A stretch of DNA of 54,573 nucleotides from an uncultured Clostridium sp. (lineage in GTDB: Bacteria > Bacillota > Clostridia > TANB77 > CAG-508). The stretch spans positions 1 through 54,573 of the forward strand of contig CAMUZZ010000004.1 of NCBI GenBank assembly GCA_947165355.1, given 5' to 3'. Shown here piece after piece: positions 30,041 to 40,265 of this stretch. The notes beneath the pieces were generated by a model. The model made no database searches, had not been told where the DNA came from, and saw only the letters and a program-made list of their open reading frames with translations. Position numbers and translations under genes: made by a program. How positions within the stretch are numbered: position 1 is the first letter of the stretch; each line of letters begins with the position of its first letter.

Positions 30041-30082
30041 CATAAAAAGTTGACGCCATAGAGATTATTTTTTAATTATGTT
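30041..30082 (+). repeat. 42-bp direct repeat, copy 2
   Basis: CATAAAAAGTTGACGCCATAGAGATTATTTTTTAATTATGTT. Confidence 0.85.
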
Positions 30083-30216
30083 CAACTGCAGCAAAAAAAT
30101 TTAAAAATATAAAAAAATAACCGGTATTTAGTTGGAATTTTAATTTATTTATGATATAAAGTAGGATGTGTGAAAATAAGTCAAAATACCTGACTTACAG
30201 AAAGGAAAATAAACAA

Positions 30217-31260
30217 ATGAGCTTTATTGAAAATATCATCAAGCAAGCAAAACAAGATAGAAAAACAATAGTACTTCCTGAGGCAACTGATGCAAGAATT
30301 TTAAATGCAGCAGTTAGATCGGTTAATGAAGGTACTGCAAACATTATTCTTGTTGGCGATGAAAACGAAATTAAAAAAGCTGCAAATTCAGAGAATATAG
30401 ATTTGGGCAAAATAAAAATAATAAATCCAAACGAAAGTGAAAAATTAAATGAATATATAGATTCATACTTCGATACATACAAAAACAGCATTACATCTAG
30501 AGAAGAAGCTAAACAAAAGGTTCTTGATCCACTTATTTTTGGTATGATGATGGTTAAACATGATGATGCAGATGGTTATATTGCTGGCGCAACACATTCT
30601 ACGAAAGATGTTTTGCAACCAACAATGAAACTATTTAGAACTGTTGGCACAAGAATATTGTCAACCGTAACATTTATAGAGCATCAAAATGAAGATTTTG
30701 GAAACAAAGATGGATTATTTCTAATTTCAGACTGTGCTTTAAATGCAGAGCCTGGTTATTTAGCACTAGCAGAAATTGGTAAAACAACAGCTAACAGCTA
30801 CAGATTCTTTACAAAAAAAGAGCCTAAAGTAGCATTTTTATCTTTTTCTACTCATGGAAGTGCAAGTTCTAGAAGTACTGAAAAGGTTGCAAAAGCAGCA
30901 GAAAGACTTCGTAAGTTAGAGCCAAAACTTATATCAGATGGTGAGCTTCAAATGGATGCTGCAATTATGCCACAAGTTGCAAAATCAAAGGCACCTGACA
31001 GTCCACTAAAAGGAGAAGCAAATGTACTAATATTCCCAGATATTAATACAGGTAATATTTGTTACAAAATATTCGAAAGATTTTCAAATGCTAAACTATA
31101 TGGACCAGTTTGCCAAGGTTTAAACAAGGCAATAACAGATTTATCTAGAGCATGTAGTGCAGAGCGTGTATTTGATACTATTGCAATAACATGCGTTCAA
31201 GCTCAAGCTTTAAATAAGGCTGTAACCGAAGAAAAGGATATGCATTGGAGAGAATTATAA
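30217..31260 (+). CDS. pta: Phosphate acetyltransferase
   Basis: IVLPEATDARIL, FLSFSTHGSA, DGELQMDAA, ANVLIFPD...GNICYK, DLSR. Confidence 0.9.
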   Translation: MSFIENIIKQAKQDRKTIVLPEATDARILNAAVRSVNEGTANIILVGDENEIKKAANSENIDLGKIKIINPNESEKLNEYIDSYFDTYKNSITSREEAKQKVLDPLIFGMMMVKHDDADGYIAGATHSTKDVLQPTMKLFRTVGTRILSTVTFIEHQNEDFGNKDGLFLISDCALNAEPGYLALAEIGKTTANSYRFFTKKEPKVAFLSFSTHGSASSRSTEKVAKAAERLRKLEPKLISDGELQMDAAIMPQVAKSKAPDSPLKGEANVLIFPDINTGNICYKIFERFSNAKLYGPVCQGLNKAITDLSRACSAERVFDTIAITCVQAQALNKAVTEEKDMHWREL

Positions 31261-31378
31261 AAACTGACCACCTATCCTAATGACAATTAATGAAAAAAAA
31301 TATATAATTATATGGTCTTAGTTGAGAAATAAAATATATTGTTTTTTCAATTATATTAGCTAAAAGGAGAATAACAAA

Positions 31379-32311
31379 ATGAAAATAGGATTTTTATTTC
31401 CAGGACAAGGAGCACAGTTTGTTGGAATGTGTAAAGACTATTACGATAAATACAACTGTGTAAAGGATATATACAACAAAGCAAGTGATGTACTTGGTTT
31501 TGATATAGCAAAAATGACTTTTGAAGGTACAGAAGAAGAGCTTTGTAAAACCAAAAATACACAAATAGCAATATTAGTAATGAGTTTAGCGATTGCAGAC
31601 CTATTAAAACAAAATGGAATTGAAGCTAATATTTCTGCAGGATTAAGTTTAGGCGAATATTCAGCATTAATATATAGCAATATAATAGGTTTTGAAGATG
31701 GACTAAAAGTAGTTCAAAAAAGAGGAACTTATATGCAAGAAAACTTACCTGAGGGTAATTGGAGTATGGCAGCAATAATTGGACTAGACGATAAAACAAT
31801 TGAAGATACCTGTAAAAAGGCAACTAAAGGTTTTGTTGTACCAGCAAATTACAACTGCCAAGGTCAAGTTGCAATATCAGGAGAAAAAGAAGCTGTAGCA
31901 GAGGCTATGGAATTATTAAAAGAAGCTGGAGCTAAAAGAGCTATAGAGCTTAAAACTAGTGGACCATTCCATACTATAAAACTACAAGAAGCGTCAAATA
32001 AATTATATGAAGCATTACAAGATGTAAAAATAAATAAAATTTCGGAAAAAACAGTACTTAAAAATATTGATGCAAAAGCATATACTAACGAAGATGACAT
32101 TAAAAGAATTTTAGCAAACCACGTAATTAATCCTGTTCAATTTAAATCAATAATAGAAAACATGATTGCTGATGGTGTAGATACAATAATAGAAATTGGA
32201 CCAGGCAAAGTACTATCAGGATTTGTTAAGAAAACAAATAAAGATGTTGCCATATATAATACAAACACAGTTGAAGACTTTGAAAAAATAATTGCTGAAT
32301 TAAAAGACTAA
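31379..32311 (+). CDS. fabD: Malonyl CoA-ACP transacylase
   Basis: FPGQGAQ, GLSLGEY, SGPFHT, EIGPGKVL. Confidence 0.97.
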   Translation: MKIGFLFPGQGAQFVGMCKDYYDKYNCVKDIYNKASDVLGFDIAKMTFEGTEEELCKTKNTQIAILVMSLAIADLLKQNGIEANISAGLSLGEYSALIYSNIIGFEDGLKVVQKRGTYMQENLPEGNWSMAAIIGLDDKTIEDTCKKATKGFVVPANYNCQGQVAISGEKEAVAEAMELLKEAGAKRAIELKTSGPFHTIKLQEASNKLYEALQDVKINKISEKTVLKNIDAKAYTNEDDIKRILANHVINPVQFKSIIENMIADGVDTIIEIGPGKVLSGFVKKTNKDVAIYNTNTVEDFEKIIAELKD

Positions 32312-32382
32312 ATTATGTTTTGTAAAAGTATATATCGATTACAAAGATACGAATATAAAAAGAAAGGTTAGGATATTAAATT

Positions 32383-33129
32383 ATGGAAGAAACAAAAGTA
32401 GCTTTAATAACAGGAGGAACAAGAGGTATAGGATTACAAATAGCCCTTGAACTTGCTAGAAATGGACATAACATAGTACTAAATTACAGAAACGATAACG
32501 ACATTGAGGAAGCTGCTGCAGCTAAAAAAGAAGTTGAAGCAAACGGAGTAAAATGTCTTACAGTAAGAGGAGACGTTTCGGTATTCGAAGAATGCGAAGA
32601 AGTTGCTAAAAAAATAATAGAGGAATTTGGAAGAATAGATGTATTAGTTAATAATGCCGGAATTACAAGAGATGGATTATTACTAAGAATGAAAAAAGAA
32701 GATTTTACAAGTGTAGTTGGGGTCAATTTAATTGGTACATTTAATATGACAAGAAATATAATACCATACATGGTAAAACAAAGAGATGGAAGAATTGTTA
32801 ACGTAGCTTCAGTAGTTGGAGAAATGGGAAATGCTGGACAAACAAACTATTCAGCATCAAAAGCTGGTGTTATAGGATTTACAAAGAGTATTGCAAAAGA
32901 GCTAGCAAGTAGAAATATTCGTGCCAATGCAATAGCACCTGGATTCATCGAAACACCAATGACTGCAGTACTTAACGATACACAAAGAGAAGCAATTGGA
33001 TCACAAATACCATTACAAAGAATGGGAGACCCTAGAGAAGTAGCAAAAGTTGTTAGATTCTTAGCAACAGATGATAGCTCATATGTAACAGGTCAAGTAA
33101 TAAATATAGATGGCGGATTATTAATGTAA
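32383..33129 (+). CDS. fabG: 3-oxoacyl-ACP reductase
   Basis: TGGTRGIG, NNAGITRD, GNAGQTNYSASK. Confidence 0.97.
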   Translation: MEETKVALITGGTRGIGLQIALELARNGHNIVLNYRNDNDIEEAAAAKKEVEANGVKCLTVRGDVSVFEECEEVAKKIIEEFGRIDVLVNNAGITRDGLLLRMKKEDFTSVVGVNLIGTFNMTRNIIPYMVKQRDGRIVNVASVVGEMGNAGQTNYSASKAGVIGFTKSIAKELASRNIRANAIAPGFIETPMTAVLNDTQREAIGSQIPLQRMGDPREVAKVVRFLATDDSSYVTGQVINIDGGLLM

Positions 33130-33134
33130 ACTTC

Positions 33135-33175
33135 AATTTTGGGGACGGAGCAAAAAAAATTAAAGTCTACATAAA
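33135..33175 (+). repeat. GGGACGGAGC dispersed repeat, full copy
   Basis: AATTTTGGGGACGGAGCAAAAAAAATTAAAGTCTACATAAA, 5 nt after the fabG stop. Confidence 0.9.
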
Positions 33176-33206
33176 TAAAAGTATACATATTGGAAAGGAC
33201 AAAAAA

Positions 33207-34445
33207 TTGGAAAAGAGAGTAGTAATTACAGGAATGGGTGCAGTTACACCTATTGGAAATAACGTAGAAGAATTTTGGAATGGAATTAAAGGTGGAAAAT
33301 GCGGAATAGATAATATTACCACATTCGACACAACAAATTTTAAAGTTAAGTTAGCAGCAGAAGTTAAGAACTTAAACATTGAAGATTATATGGATAAAAG
33401 AGCTGCAAGAAGATTAGATAGATATTCTCAACTTGCTATGGTTGCTGCAAAAGAAGTTATGGAAGATTCTGGAATAAACGAATCAAACACAGATATGAAC
33501 AGAGTAGCAATTATAGTTGGTGCCGGTATTGGAGGTTTAACTACAATTGAAGAGCAAACCAAGGTATTAGTTGAAAAGGGTCAAGATAGAATATCACCAA
33601 TGTTTATACCAATGTCTATACTAAATATGGCAGCTGGTAATATTTCAATAGAATACGGTTTAAGAGGAGAGTCAATCGCTTTAGCTACAGCATGTGCTAC
33701 AGGTACGCATTGTATAGGAGAAGGATACAGATTAGTAAAACATGGATATCAAGATGCAGCTTTGGTTGGTGGATCTGAAGCTTCTATAAATGATTTGTCT
33801 GTTGCAGGATTTACAAATATCAAGGCATTAAGTCAAGCTACCGATAAAACAAGAGCTAGCATTCCATTTGATAAAGAAAGAAGCGGATTTGTAATGGGTG
33901 AAGGTGCCGGACTACTTATGCTTGAAGAACTTGAGCATGCAAAAGCAAGAGGCGCCAAAATATATGCAGAAGTGGTTGGTTACGGGGCAAGTAGCGATGC
34001 ATACCACATAACATCACCTGCACCAGGTGGAGAAGGTGGAGCAAGAGCTATGGTTGATGCAATAAAAGATGCTGGAATCAAACCAGAAGATATAGACTAC
34101 ATTAATGCTCATGGTACTTCAACTCATCTTAACGATTCATTCGAAACAGCTGCAATCAAAACAGCTTGAGGTGATTCTGCAAAAAAGGTAATGGTTAGCT
34201 CAACAAAAAGTAACACTGGACATATGCTAGGTGCAGCAGGAGCTGTTGAAGCAATTGCCTGTGTAAAAGCTATACAAGATAGTTATGTACCACCTACAAT
34301 AAACTACAAAGTACCTGACGAAGAGTGCGATTTAGACATTGTTCCAAACGAAGGAAGAAACAAAGAAATAAAATATGCTATGTCGAATTCACTTGGTTTT
34401 GGTGGACACAATAGTACAATCATAATTAAAAAATATGAAGACTAA
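33207..34445 (+). pseudogene. fabF: Beta-ketoacyl-ACP synthase II interrupted by one in-frame TGA at 34167-34169
   Basis: TACATG (Cys) and NAHGTST (His) precede the TGA. The same frame continues [24 protein letters not shown]...[10 protein letters not shown], for 412 codons in total. Confidence 0.85.
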
Positions 34446-34457
34446 TATTTTGAAAGG

Positions 34458-34931
34458 ATGAAAAATATGGAATATAAGGAGCTAAAAACTATAATAAAAG
34501 ATATGGAAGAATCTAAATTAGAAGAGCTTAATATAACATTTCCAGATGGAACTAAAATTGAAATGAAAAAGCATGGAGAACGTAAATGTGGACCAATGAT
34601 GCCACCTCCACCAATGGGGTATATGGCACAAGTTCAGGCAGCTGTTCCAGAGCTTAAAAAAGAAGATATTTCAGCTTCTAGTAAAGAGGAAGAAACATAC
34701 AATATTGTTAAATCACCAATGGTTGGTACTTTTTACAGTAAGCCATCACCAAAGGCTGAAGCTTTTGTAAAAGTAGGAGACAAAGTAAAAAAAGGTGATG
34801 TAATTTGTATAGTAGAAGCTATGAAACTAATGAATGAAGTTGAATCTGAATTTGATGGTGAAGTAGTTGAAATATGCTGCAAAGATGACGAAATGGTTGA
34901 ATACGGACAAGCGTTAATAAAAATAAAATAA
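34458..34931 (+). CDS. accB: Acetyl-CoA carboxylase biotin carboxyl carrier protein
   Basis: VKSPMVGTFY, EAMKLMNE. Confidence 0.97.
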   Translation: MKNMEYKELKTIIKDMEESKLEELNITFPDGTKIEMKKHGERKCGPMMPPPPMGYMAQVQAAVPELKKEDISASSKEEETYNIVKSPMVGTFYSKPSPKAEAFVKVGDKVKKGDVICIVEAMKLMNEVESEFDGEVVEICCKDDEMVEYGQALIKIK

Positions 34932-34944
34932 AGGAGATTATACT

Positions 34945-35379
34945 ATGTTAGATGTAAATCAAATTATGGAAATTATTCCGCAAAGAGCCCCATTTCTAAT
35001 GATTGATAGAGTGGAGGACTATGTACCGGGAGAAAGCTGCACAGCATACAAAAACGTGTGTGTTAATGAATGGTATTTTCAAGGGCATTTTCCAGGCAAC
35101 CCAATTATGCCAGGGGTTCTTATTACAGAAGCATTAGCACAAACTGGTGCTGTTGCTATTCTATCAAAGAAAGAAAATAAAGGAAAAAACGCCTTGTTTG
35201 CTGGTATTGATGGAATGAAATTTAAAAAACCTGTAGTTCCAGGTGACGTTCTTAAACTTGAAGTAAAAATAATAAAACAAAAAGGTCCTATTGGAGTAGG
35301 CGAAGCTACTGCTACAGTTGATGGAACAATTGCAGCAAAAGGTGAGTTTACTTTTGCGTTAGTAGATAACAAATCATAA
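34945..35379 (+). CDS. fabZ: 3-hydroxyacyl-ACP dehydratase
   Basis: PFLMIDRV, FQGHFPGNPIMPGVLITEALAQ. Confidence 0.97.
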   Translation: MLDVNQIMEIIPQRAPFLMIDRVEDYVPGESCTAYKNVCVNEWYFQGHFPGNPIMPGVLITEALAQTGAVAILSKKENKGKNALFAGIDGMKFKKPVVPGDVLKLEVKIIKQKGPIGVGEATATVDGTIAAKGEFTFALVDNKS

Positions 35380-35397
35380 TTCGAGAGGAGAATTAAG

Positions 35398-36741
35398 ATG
35401 TTAAAGAAAGTATTAATAGCTAACCGAGGTGAAATTGCTGTTAGAATAATAAGAGCATGCAGAGAGATGGGAATTAGAACTGTTGCTGTTTATTCTGAAG
35501 CAGATAAAGATTCACTTCATAGAAAAATGGCTGATGAGTCTGTATGTATTGGTCCAGCCAAATCAGCAGTTAGCTATTTAAATGTAAAGAATTTAATAGA
35601 AGCTGCATGTCAAACAGGATGCGATGGAATTCACCCGGGTTATGGATTTTTATCTGAAAGTAGCTCTTTTGCTAAAATGTGTAATGAAATAGGCATTAAG
35701 TTTATTGGTCCAACAAGTCAAATGATTGATTTAATGGGAAATAAATCTAAAGCAAAAGAAACTATGAAGAATGCAGGAGTTCCAGTTGTACCTGGTTCAG
35801 ACGGAATTGTATCTAGTATTGAAGAAGCTAAAAAAATTAGCAAAGAAATAAAATACCCAGTTATAATTAAAGCTTCAAATGGTGGCGGAGGAAAAGGAAT
35901 TCGAATTGCTTATTCTGAGGAAGAGCTTATAAGTGCATACGAAATAGTAAAGCAAGAAGCAAAAATATCTTTCAACAACGATGATATTTATATTGAAAAG
36001 TATGTAGAAAATCCAAGACACATAGAAGTTCAAATATTAGCAGACGAGCATGGAAATGTTGTACATCTTGGAGAAAGAGATTGTTCTGTTCAAAGACGTA
36101 ATCAAAAAGTATTAGAAGAATCTCCTTCAATGATACTAAATGATGAAGTTAGATCAAAAATGTTTGATGTCACTACAAAAGCAATAAAACACATTGGATA
36201 TTATAGTGCAGGTACTATTGAATATTTGGTAGACAAAAACTTAAACTTTTATTTTATGGAAATGAATACTAGAGTTCAAGTAGAACACCCTGTAACAGAA
36301 TTTGTTTCTGGAGTTGATATTATAAAAGAGCAACTTAGAATTGCATCTGGCGAACAACTTTCAATTAAACAGAGTGATATCCGCTTCTCAGGTCATGCAA
36401 TAGAATGTAGAATAAACGCAGAAAATCCAGAAAAGAATTTTATGCCATGCCCAGGATTAATAACAGGATTACATATACCAGGCGGAAACGGAATAAGAGT
36501 TGATACGGCTATTTATGCCGGATATAAAGTTCCACAAACATACGATTCATTAATTGCAAAATTAATAGTATATGGCAAAGATAGAGCAGAAGCTATTGCA
36601 AAAATGAAGAGCGCTGTTGGTGAATTTGTAGTTGAAGGAATTAATACTAATACAGATTTCTTATATAAAATTTTAAACAACGAAAATTTTAATACAGGAA
36701 ATTACGATACTTCATTCATTAAAAAAGAATTTGATGTATAA
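35398..36741 (+). CDS. accC: Biotin carboxylase
   Basis: LIANRGEIAVR, HPGYGFLSE, GGGGKG, FMEMNTRVQVEHPVTE. Confidence 0.97.
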   Translation: MLKKVLIANRGEIAVRIIRACREMGIRTVAVYSEADKDSLHRKMADESVCIGPAKSAVSYLNVKNLIEAACQTGCDGIHPGYGFLSESSSFAKMCNEIGIKFIGPTSQMIDLMGNKSKAKETMKNAGVPVVPGSDGIVSSIEEAKKISKEIKYPVIIKASNGGGGKGIRIAYSEEELISAYEIVKQEAKISFNNDDIYIEKYVENPRHIEVQILADEHGNVVHLGERDCSVQRRNQKVLEESPSMILNDEVRSKMFDVTTKAIKHIGYYSAGTIEYLVDKNLNFYFMEMNTRVQVEHPVTEFVSGVDIIKEQLRIASGEQLSIKQSDIRFSGHAIECRINAENPEKNFMPCPGLITGLHIPGGNGIRVDTAIYAGYKVPQTYDSLIAKLIVYGKDRAEAIAKMKSAVGEFVVEGINTNTDFLYKILNNENFNTGNYDTSFIKKEFDV

Positions 36742-36816
36742 AACAAAACCCCTATAAATTGAATTTATGTACAAAATATGATATAATTATCGCATTAATT
36801 ATTGAGGTGAATAGGG

Positions 36817-37686
36817 ATGTTAGATGAAGTAGATTTATTTGTATTAAATAATTATAGAAAAGGTGTATCATTTGATGATTTAGCAAAATCACTTGGACGA
36901 GAAGTACTTCTAGATAGAATTGTTAAATTCAAAAAGCTTGGTGCTACACTTGTTTCTGGTATGGAAATTGCCAAAATAAATGAATTTGATTTAAAAGTAT
37001 TTAATTTACTATCTTCTGGTTTATCAGTAGAAGATGTATCTACAGAACTAAATAAAAGAACTGTAGATATAAATGCTTCTAGAAAAAAATTTGAAGATAT
37101 TGGTATCAGATTTCCAAACGCACCAGTTTTTATACCAAATGAAAGTAAAAAGAATTATGTACCAAAAGAGTATGTTCCTACTAAAACAGAGGGATTATTC
37201 ATTAAGTATGGTAGCGAAGGTAAATCGTACGAAGAAATATCAGATCTACTTAATATTGATCGACATATCTTATATAGAGTATATAGAAAACTAAAAAGAC
37301 ATGGTATCACAGTAAGAGTAAAAAAGATAGAAAAAGAATTTATAATTCATGACATAGACAAGGCTATTATTAAGCTTAGAAAAGATAGAAAAAGCCTAAA
37401 ACAAATAGCTGCAGAAGTTGGGCTTAAAGTTGATCAAGTTAAAACAAAAATAAGAAGACTTAAGTTAAGAGGTATTGATGTGTCGGTACCTATATCAAAT
37501 GAACAGCAAGAAAATCAAAACAAAAAAGTAAGCAAAGAAAACTTAACACAAGCAATGCAAAATTTTATACAATCTAAAAATCCGACATCAGAAGAATTAA
37601 GTACAATGATTGAATATGCTTCTAAAGAATACGGAATAGATATAAAAGATGAGCATAAAACCAAAAAGGATGATATCGAAAGATAA
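36817..37686 (+). CDS. Hypothetical protein with about four tandem HTH-like repeats
   Basis: Four repeats of a D..I..L...G.S..EIA..L.......V...RKL...GI-like pattern. Confidence 0.7.
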   Translation: MLDEVDLFVLNNYRKGVSFDDLAKSLGREVLLDRIVKFKKLGATLVSGMEIAKINEFDLKVFNLLSSGLSVEDVSTELNKRTVDINASRKKFEDIGIRFPNAPVFIPNESKKNYVPKEYVPTKTEGLFIKYGSEGKSYEEISDLLNIDRHILYRVYRKLKRHGITVRVKKIEKEFIIHDIDKAIIKLRKDRKSLKQIAAEVGLKVDQVKTKIRRLKLRGIDVSVPISNEQQENQNKKVSKENLTQAMQNFIQSKNPTSEELSTMIEYASKEYGIDIKDEHKTKKDDIER

Positions 37687-37726
37687 ATAAATTGTATTTC
37701 TATAAATTTTAGGAAGGATACAAAAA

Positions 37727-38569
37727 ATGGTTATAGATAAAATTAAGAAATTAAATAATGATGAACCTTCAAAAAAAAATACAGAAGCGGAAGATTTATT
37801 GTTAGGTAAATGGATTAAATGTGAGAGCTGTAAAGAAATTCTTTATATGGAAGATGTTCACAAAAACCTAAGTGTATGCCCAAATTGTGGTAAACACTTT
37901 AGGTTGTCTTCGAGAAGAAGATTGGAACAAGTTATAGATAAAGGAACATTTATAGAAACAAACACAGACCTAACAACATATGATCCGCTTCTTTTTGAGG
38001 GATATACAAAAAAACTTGATTTGTTAAAACAAAAAACTGGTATAAACGAAGCTGTAAGAACAGGTTTTGGTAAGATTAATGGAATAGATGTAGTTATAGC
38101 AGTAATGGATGGAAACTTCTTAATGGGAAGTATGGGTTGCGTTGTTGGCGAAAAAATAACAAGAGCAATTGAAGATGCTGCAAAAAAGAAATTACCACTT
38201 GTAATGTTTTGTGTATCTGGTGGTGCTAGAATGCAAGAGGGAATTATTTCGTTAATGCAAATGGCTAAAACATCAGCCGCACTTGCAAAATTGGATGAAG
38301 CTAGACAATTATACATAAGTGTTCTTACAGATCCAACTACCGGAGGAGTAACTGCAAGTTTTGCAATGCTAGGTGATATTATTTTAGCAGAGCCAGATTG
38401 TTTAATTGGTTTTGCAGGACCAAGAGTTATAGAGCAAACTATAAGACAAAAATTACCTGAAGGATTTCAACGTTCAGAGTTTTTATTAGAGCATGGCTTT
38501 ATAGATAAAATAGTAGAGCGTAAAGACATGAAAGATACGCTATACAAAATTCTTAAGCTTCATCAATAG
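37727..38569 (+). CDS. accD: Acetyl-CoA carboxylase carboxyltransferase beta
   Basis: WIKCESC...CPNC zinc finger, [28 protein letters not shown]. Confidence 0.97.
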   Translation: MVIDKIKKLNNDEPSKKNTEAEDLLLGKWIKCESCKEILYMEDVHKNLSVCPNCGKHFRLSSRRRLEQVIDKGTFIETNTDLTTYDPLLFEGYTKKLDLLKQKTGINEAVRTGFGKINGIDVVIAVMDGNFLMGSMGCVVGEKITRAIEDAAKKKLPLVMFCVSGGARMQEGIISLMQMAKTSAALAKLDEARQLYISVLTDPTTGGVTASFAMLGDIILAEPDCLIGFAGPRVIEQTIRQKLPEGFQRSEFLLEHGFIDKIVERKDMKDTLYKILKLHQ

Positions 38570-38656
38570 CAACATTAAATAATCCAGTACACAAAATCTA
38601 AATATATATTGTTTCACATGCTCACCCCGGGCTGCGTAAGAAAAGGAGAAATATGT

Positions 38657-39457
38657 ATGTCTAATATATCTGCAATGGACAAAGTTCAGCTTGCTAGAAA
38701 AGCAGAACGACCAAAGTCTTTAGATTATATAAATTTAATATTTGATGACTTTATAGAGCTACATGGAGATAGATGTTTTAGCGATGATAAATCTATAGTT
38801 GCTGGTATAGCCAGTATAAATAAAACATCAGTTACAGTAATAGGACAACAAAAAGGAAAAACAACTACTGAAAATTTAGAAAGAAATTTTGGCATGACAA
38901 ATCCTGATGGATATCGTAAAGCTTTAAGGCTTATGAAACAAGCCGAAAAATTTAGTAGGCCAATTATTACTTTCATAGATACTCCAGGAGCATATCCAGG
39001 CATTGGTGCTGAAGAAAGAGGACAAGGAGAGGCAATTGCTAAAAATCTACTTGAAATGTCTAGATTAGAAGTACCCATTATATGTATTGTAATAGGCGAA
39101 GGATCAAGCGGTGGAGCTCTTGCACTTGGAGTAGGAGATAGAATAGTAATGCTTGAAAATGCAGTTTATTCTATATTATCTCCAGAAGGATTTGCTAGTA
39201 TACTATACAAAGATGCATCAAAGGCACCTGAAGCAGCCGAAAAAATGAGAATAACAGCTCACGATTTAAAAGATATGAATATTATTGATAAAATAATAAA
39301 AGAGCCTGATGGTGGAGCACAGAATGATGTAAGCAAGGTTGCAAATAGTATAAAGAAGTATATTATAGATGCATTAAAAGACTTAAGTAAAACTAGCACT
39401 AAAACACTACTTAAAGAAAGATATAACAAATTTAGAGCAATAGGAAATTTAAAATAA
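38657..39457 (+). CDS. accA: Acetyl-CoA carboxylase carboxyltransferase alpha
   Basis: ELHGDR, GYRKALRLM, DTPGAYPG, GEGSSGGAL. Confidence 0.97.
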   Translation: MSNISAMDKVQLARKAERPKSLDYINLIFDDFIELHGDRCFSDDKSIVAGIASINKTSVTVIGQQKGKTTTENLERNFGMTNPDGYRKALRLMKQAEKFSRPIITFIDTPGAYPGIGAEERGQGEAIAKNLLEMSRLEVPIICIVIGEGSSGGALALGVGDRIVMLENAVYSILSPEGFASILYKDASKAPEAAEKMRITAHDLKDMNIIDKIIKEPDGGAQNDVSKVANSIKKYIIDALKDLSKTSTKTLLKERYNKFRAIGNLK

Positions 39458-39489
39458 ATCTAATGATATTTTATAAAGGAGGAAATAAA

Positions 39490-40260
39490 ATGATTTTAAA
39501 AGACAAAACAGTATTAATTACAGGAATTAGAAACAAGTGGAGTATAGCATATGGAGCTGCAGTTTCTGCATACAAACAAGGAGCTAAACTTGTATTTACA
39601 TTTATGGGAGAAGAAAACAGAGAAAAAATTGAAGAATTAATTTCTGAATTTGAAGGAGCAAAAGCATATGAACTTGATGTTTCTGAAGATGCCACAATAG
39701 AGAAAGTATTTACTCAAATTAAAAACGAATGCGGTAAAATTGATGGAATACTTCATAGTATAGCTCACGCGAATACAGATGATTTAAAAGATGATTTTAT
39801 TAATACAAGCAGAAGCGGATATGCTCATGCAAATGATTGCTCTGCATACTCATTAGTTGCAATGGCAAGAATTGCGAAAAATGTTGGACTAATTGATGAA
39901 GGATCAAGCATTGTTGCATTAACATACCATGGTTCAACAAAAGTTTTACCAGGATACAATGTAATGGGTGTTGCTAAGGCAGCTCTTGAAACAAGTATTA
40001 TTTACTTAGCAAATGATTTAGGACCTATTGGAATACGTATAAACGGTGTATCTGCTGGACCAATAAAAACATTATCTGCAAGAGGAATAAAAGACTTTAG
40101 CACAATACAAGATATAATGGCTGAAAAATCTCCACTAAGAAGAAATGTAACAGCCGAAGAAGTTGGAAATGCAGTTACATTTTTAATGAGCGATATGTCA
40201 TCTGCAATAACAGGACAAATAGTTTATGTTGATAGTGGATACTCTATAATGGGTATGTAA
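39490..40260 (+). CDS. fabI: Enoyl-ACP reductase FabI
   Basis: GIRNKWSIAYG, HSIAHA, YNVMGVAKAALE, SAGPIKTL. Confidence 0.93.
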   Translation: MILKDKTVLITGIRNKWSIAYGAAVSAYKQGAKLVFTFMGEENREKIEELISEFEGAKAYELDVSEDATIEKVFTQIKNECGKIDGILHSIAHANTDDLKDDFINTSRSGYAHANDCSAYSLVAMARIAKNVGLIDEGSSIVALTYHGSTKVLPGYNVMGVAKAALETSIIYLANDLGPIGIRINGVSAGPIKTLSARGIKDFSTIQDIMAEKSPLRRNVTAEEVGNAVTFLMSDMSSAITGQIVYVDSGYSIMGM

Positions 40261-40265
40261 TTAAT

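Noticed and set aside
33207-34445. Genome-wide TGA reassignment (code 4/25) or selenocysteine in fabF
   Set aside because: Long genes (polC, ppdK, PBP) contain no in-frame TGA and use TGG for Trp. The TGA is not at a Cys position and no SECIS-like hairpin follows it.
38610-38625. parS site (TGTTTCACATGCTCAC)
   Set aside because: Only the left half matches TGTTTCACGTGAAACA; the palindrome is broken.
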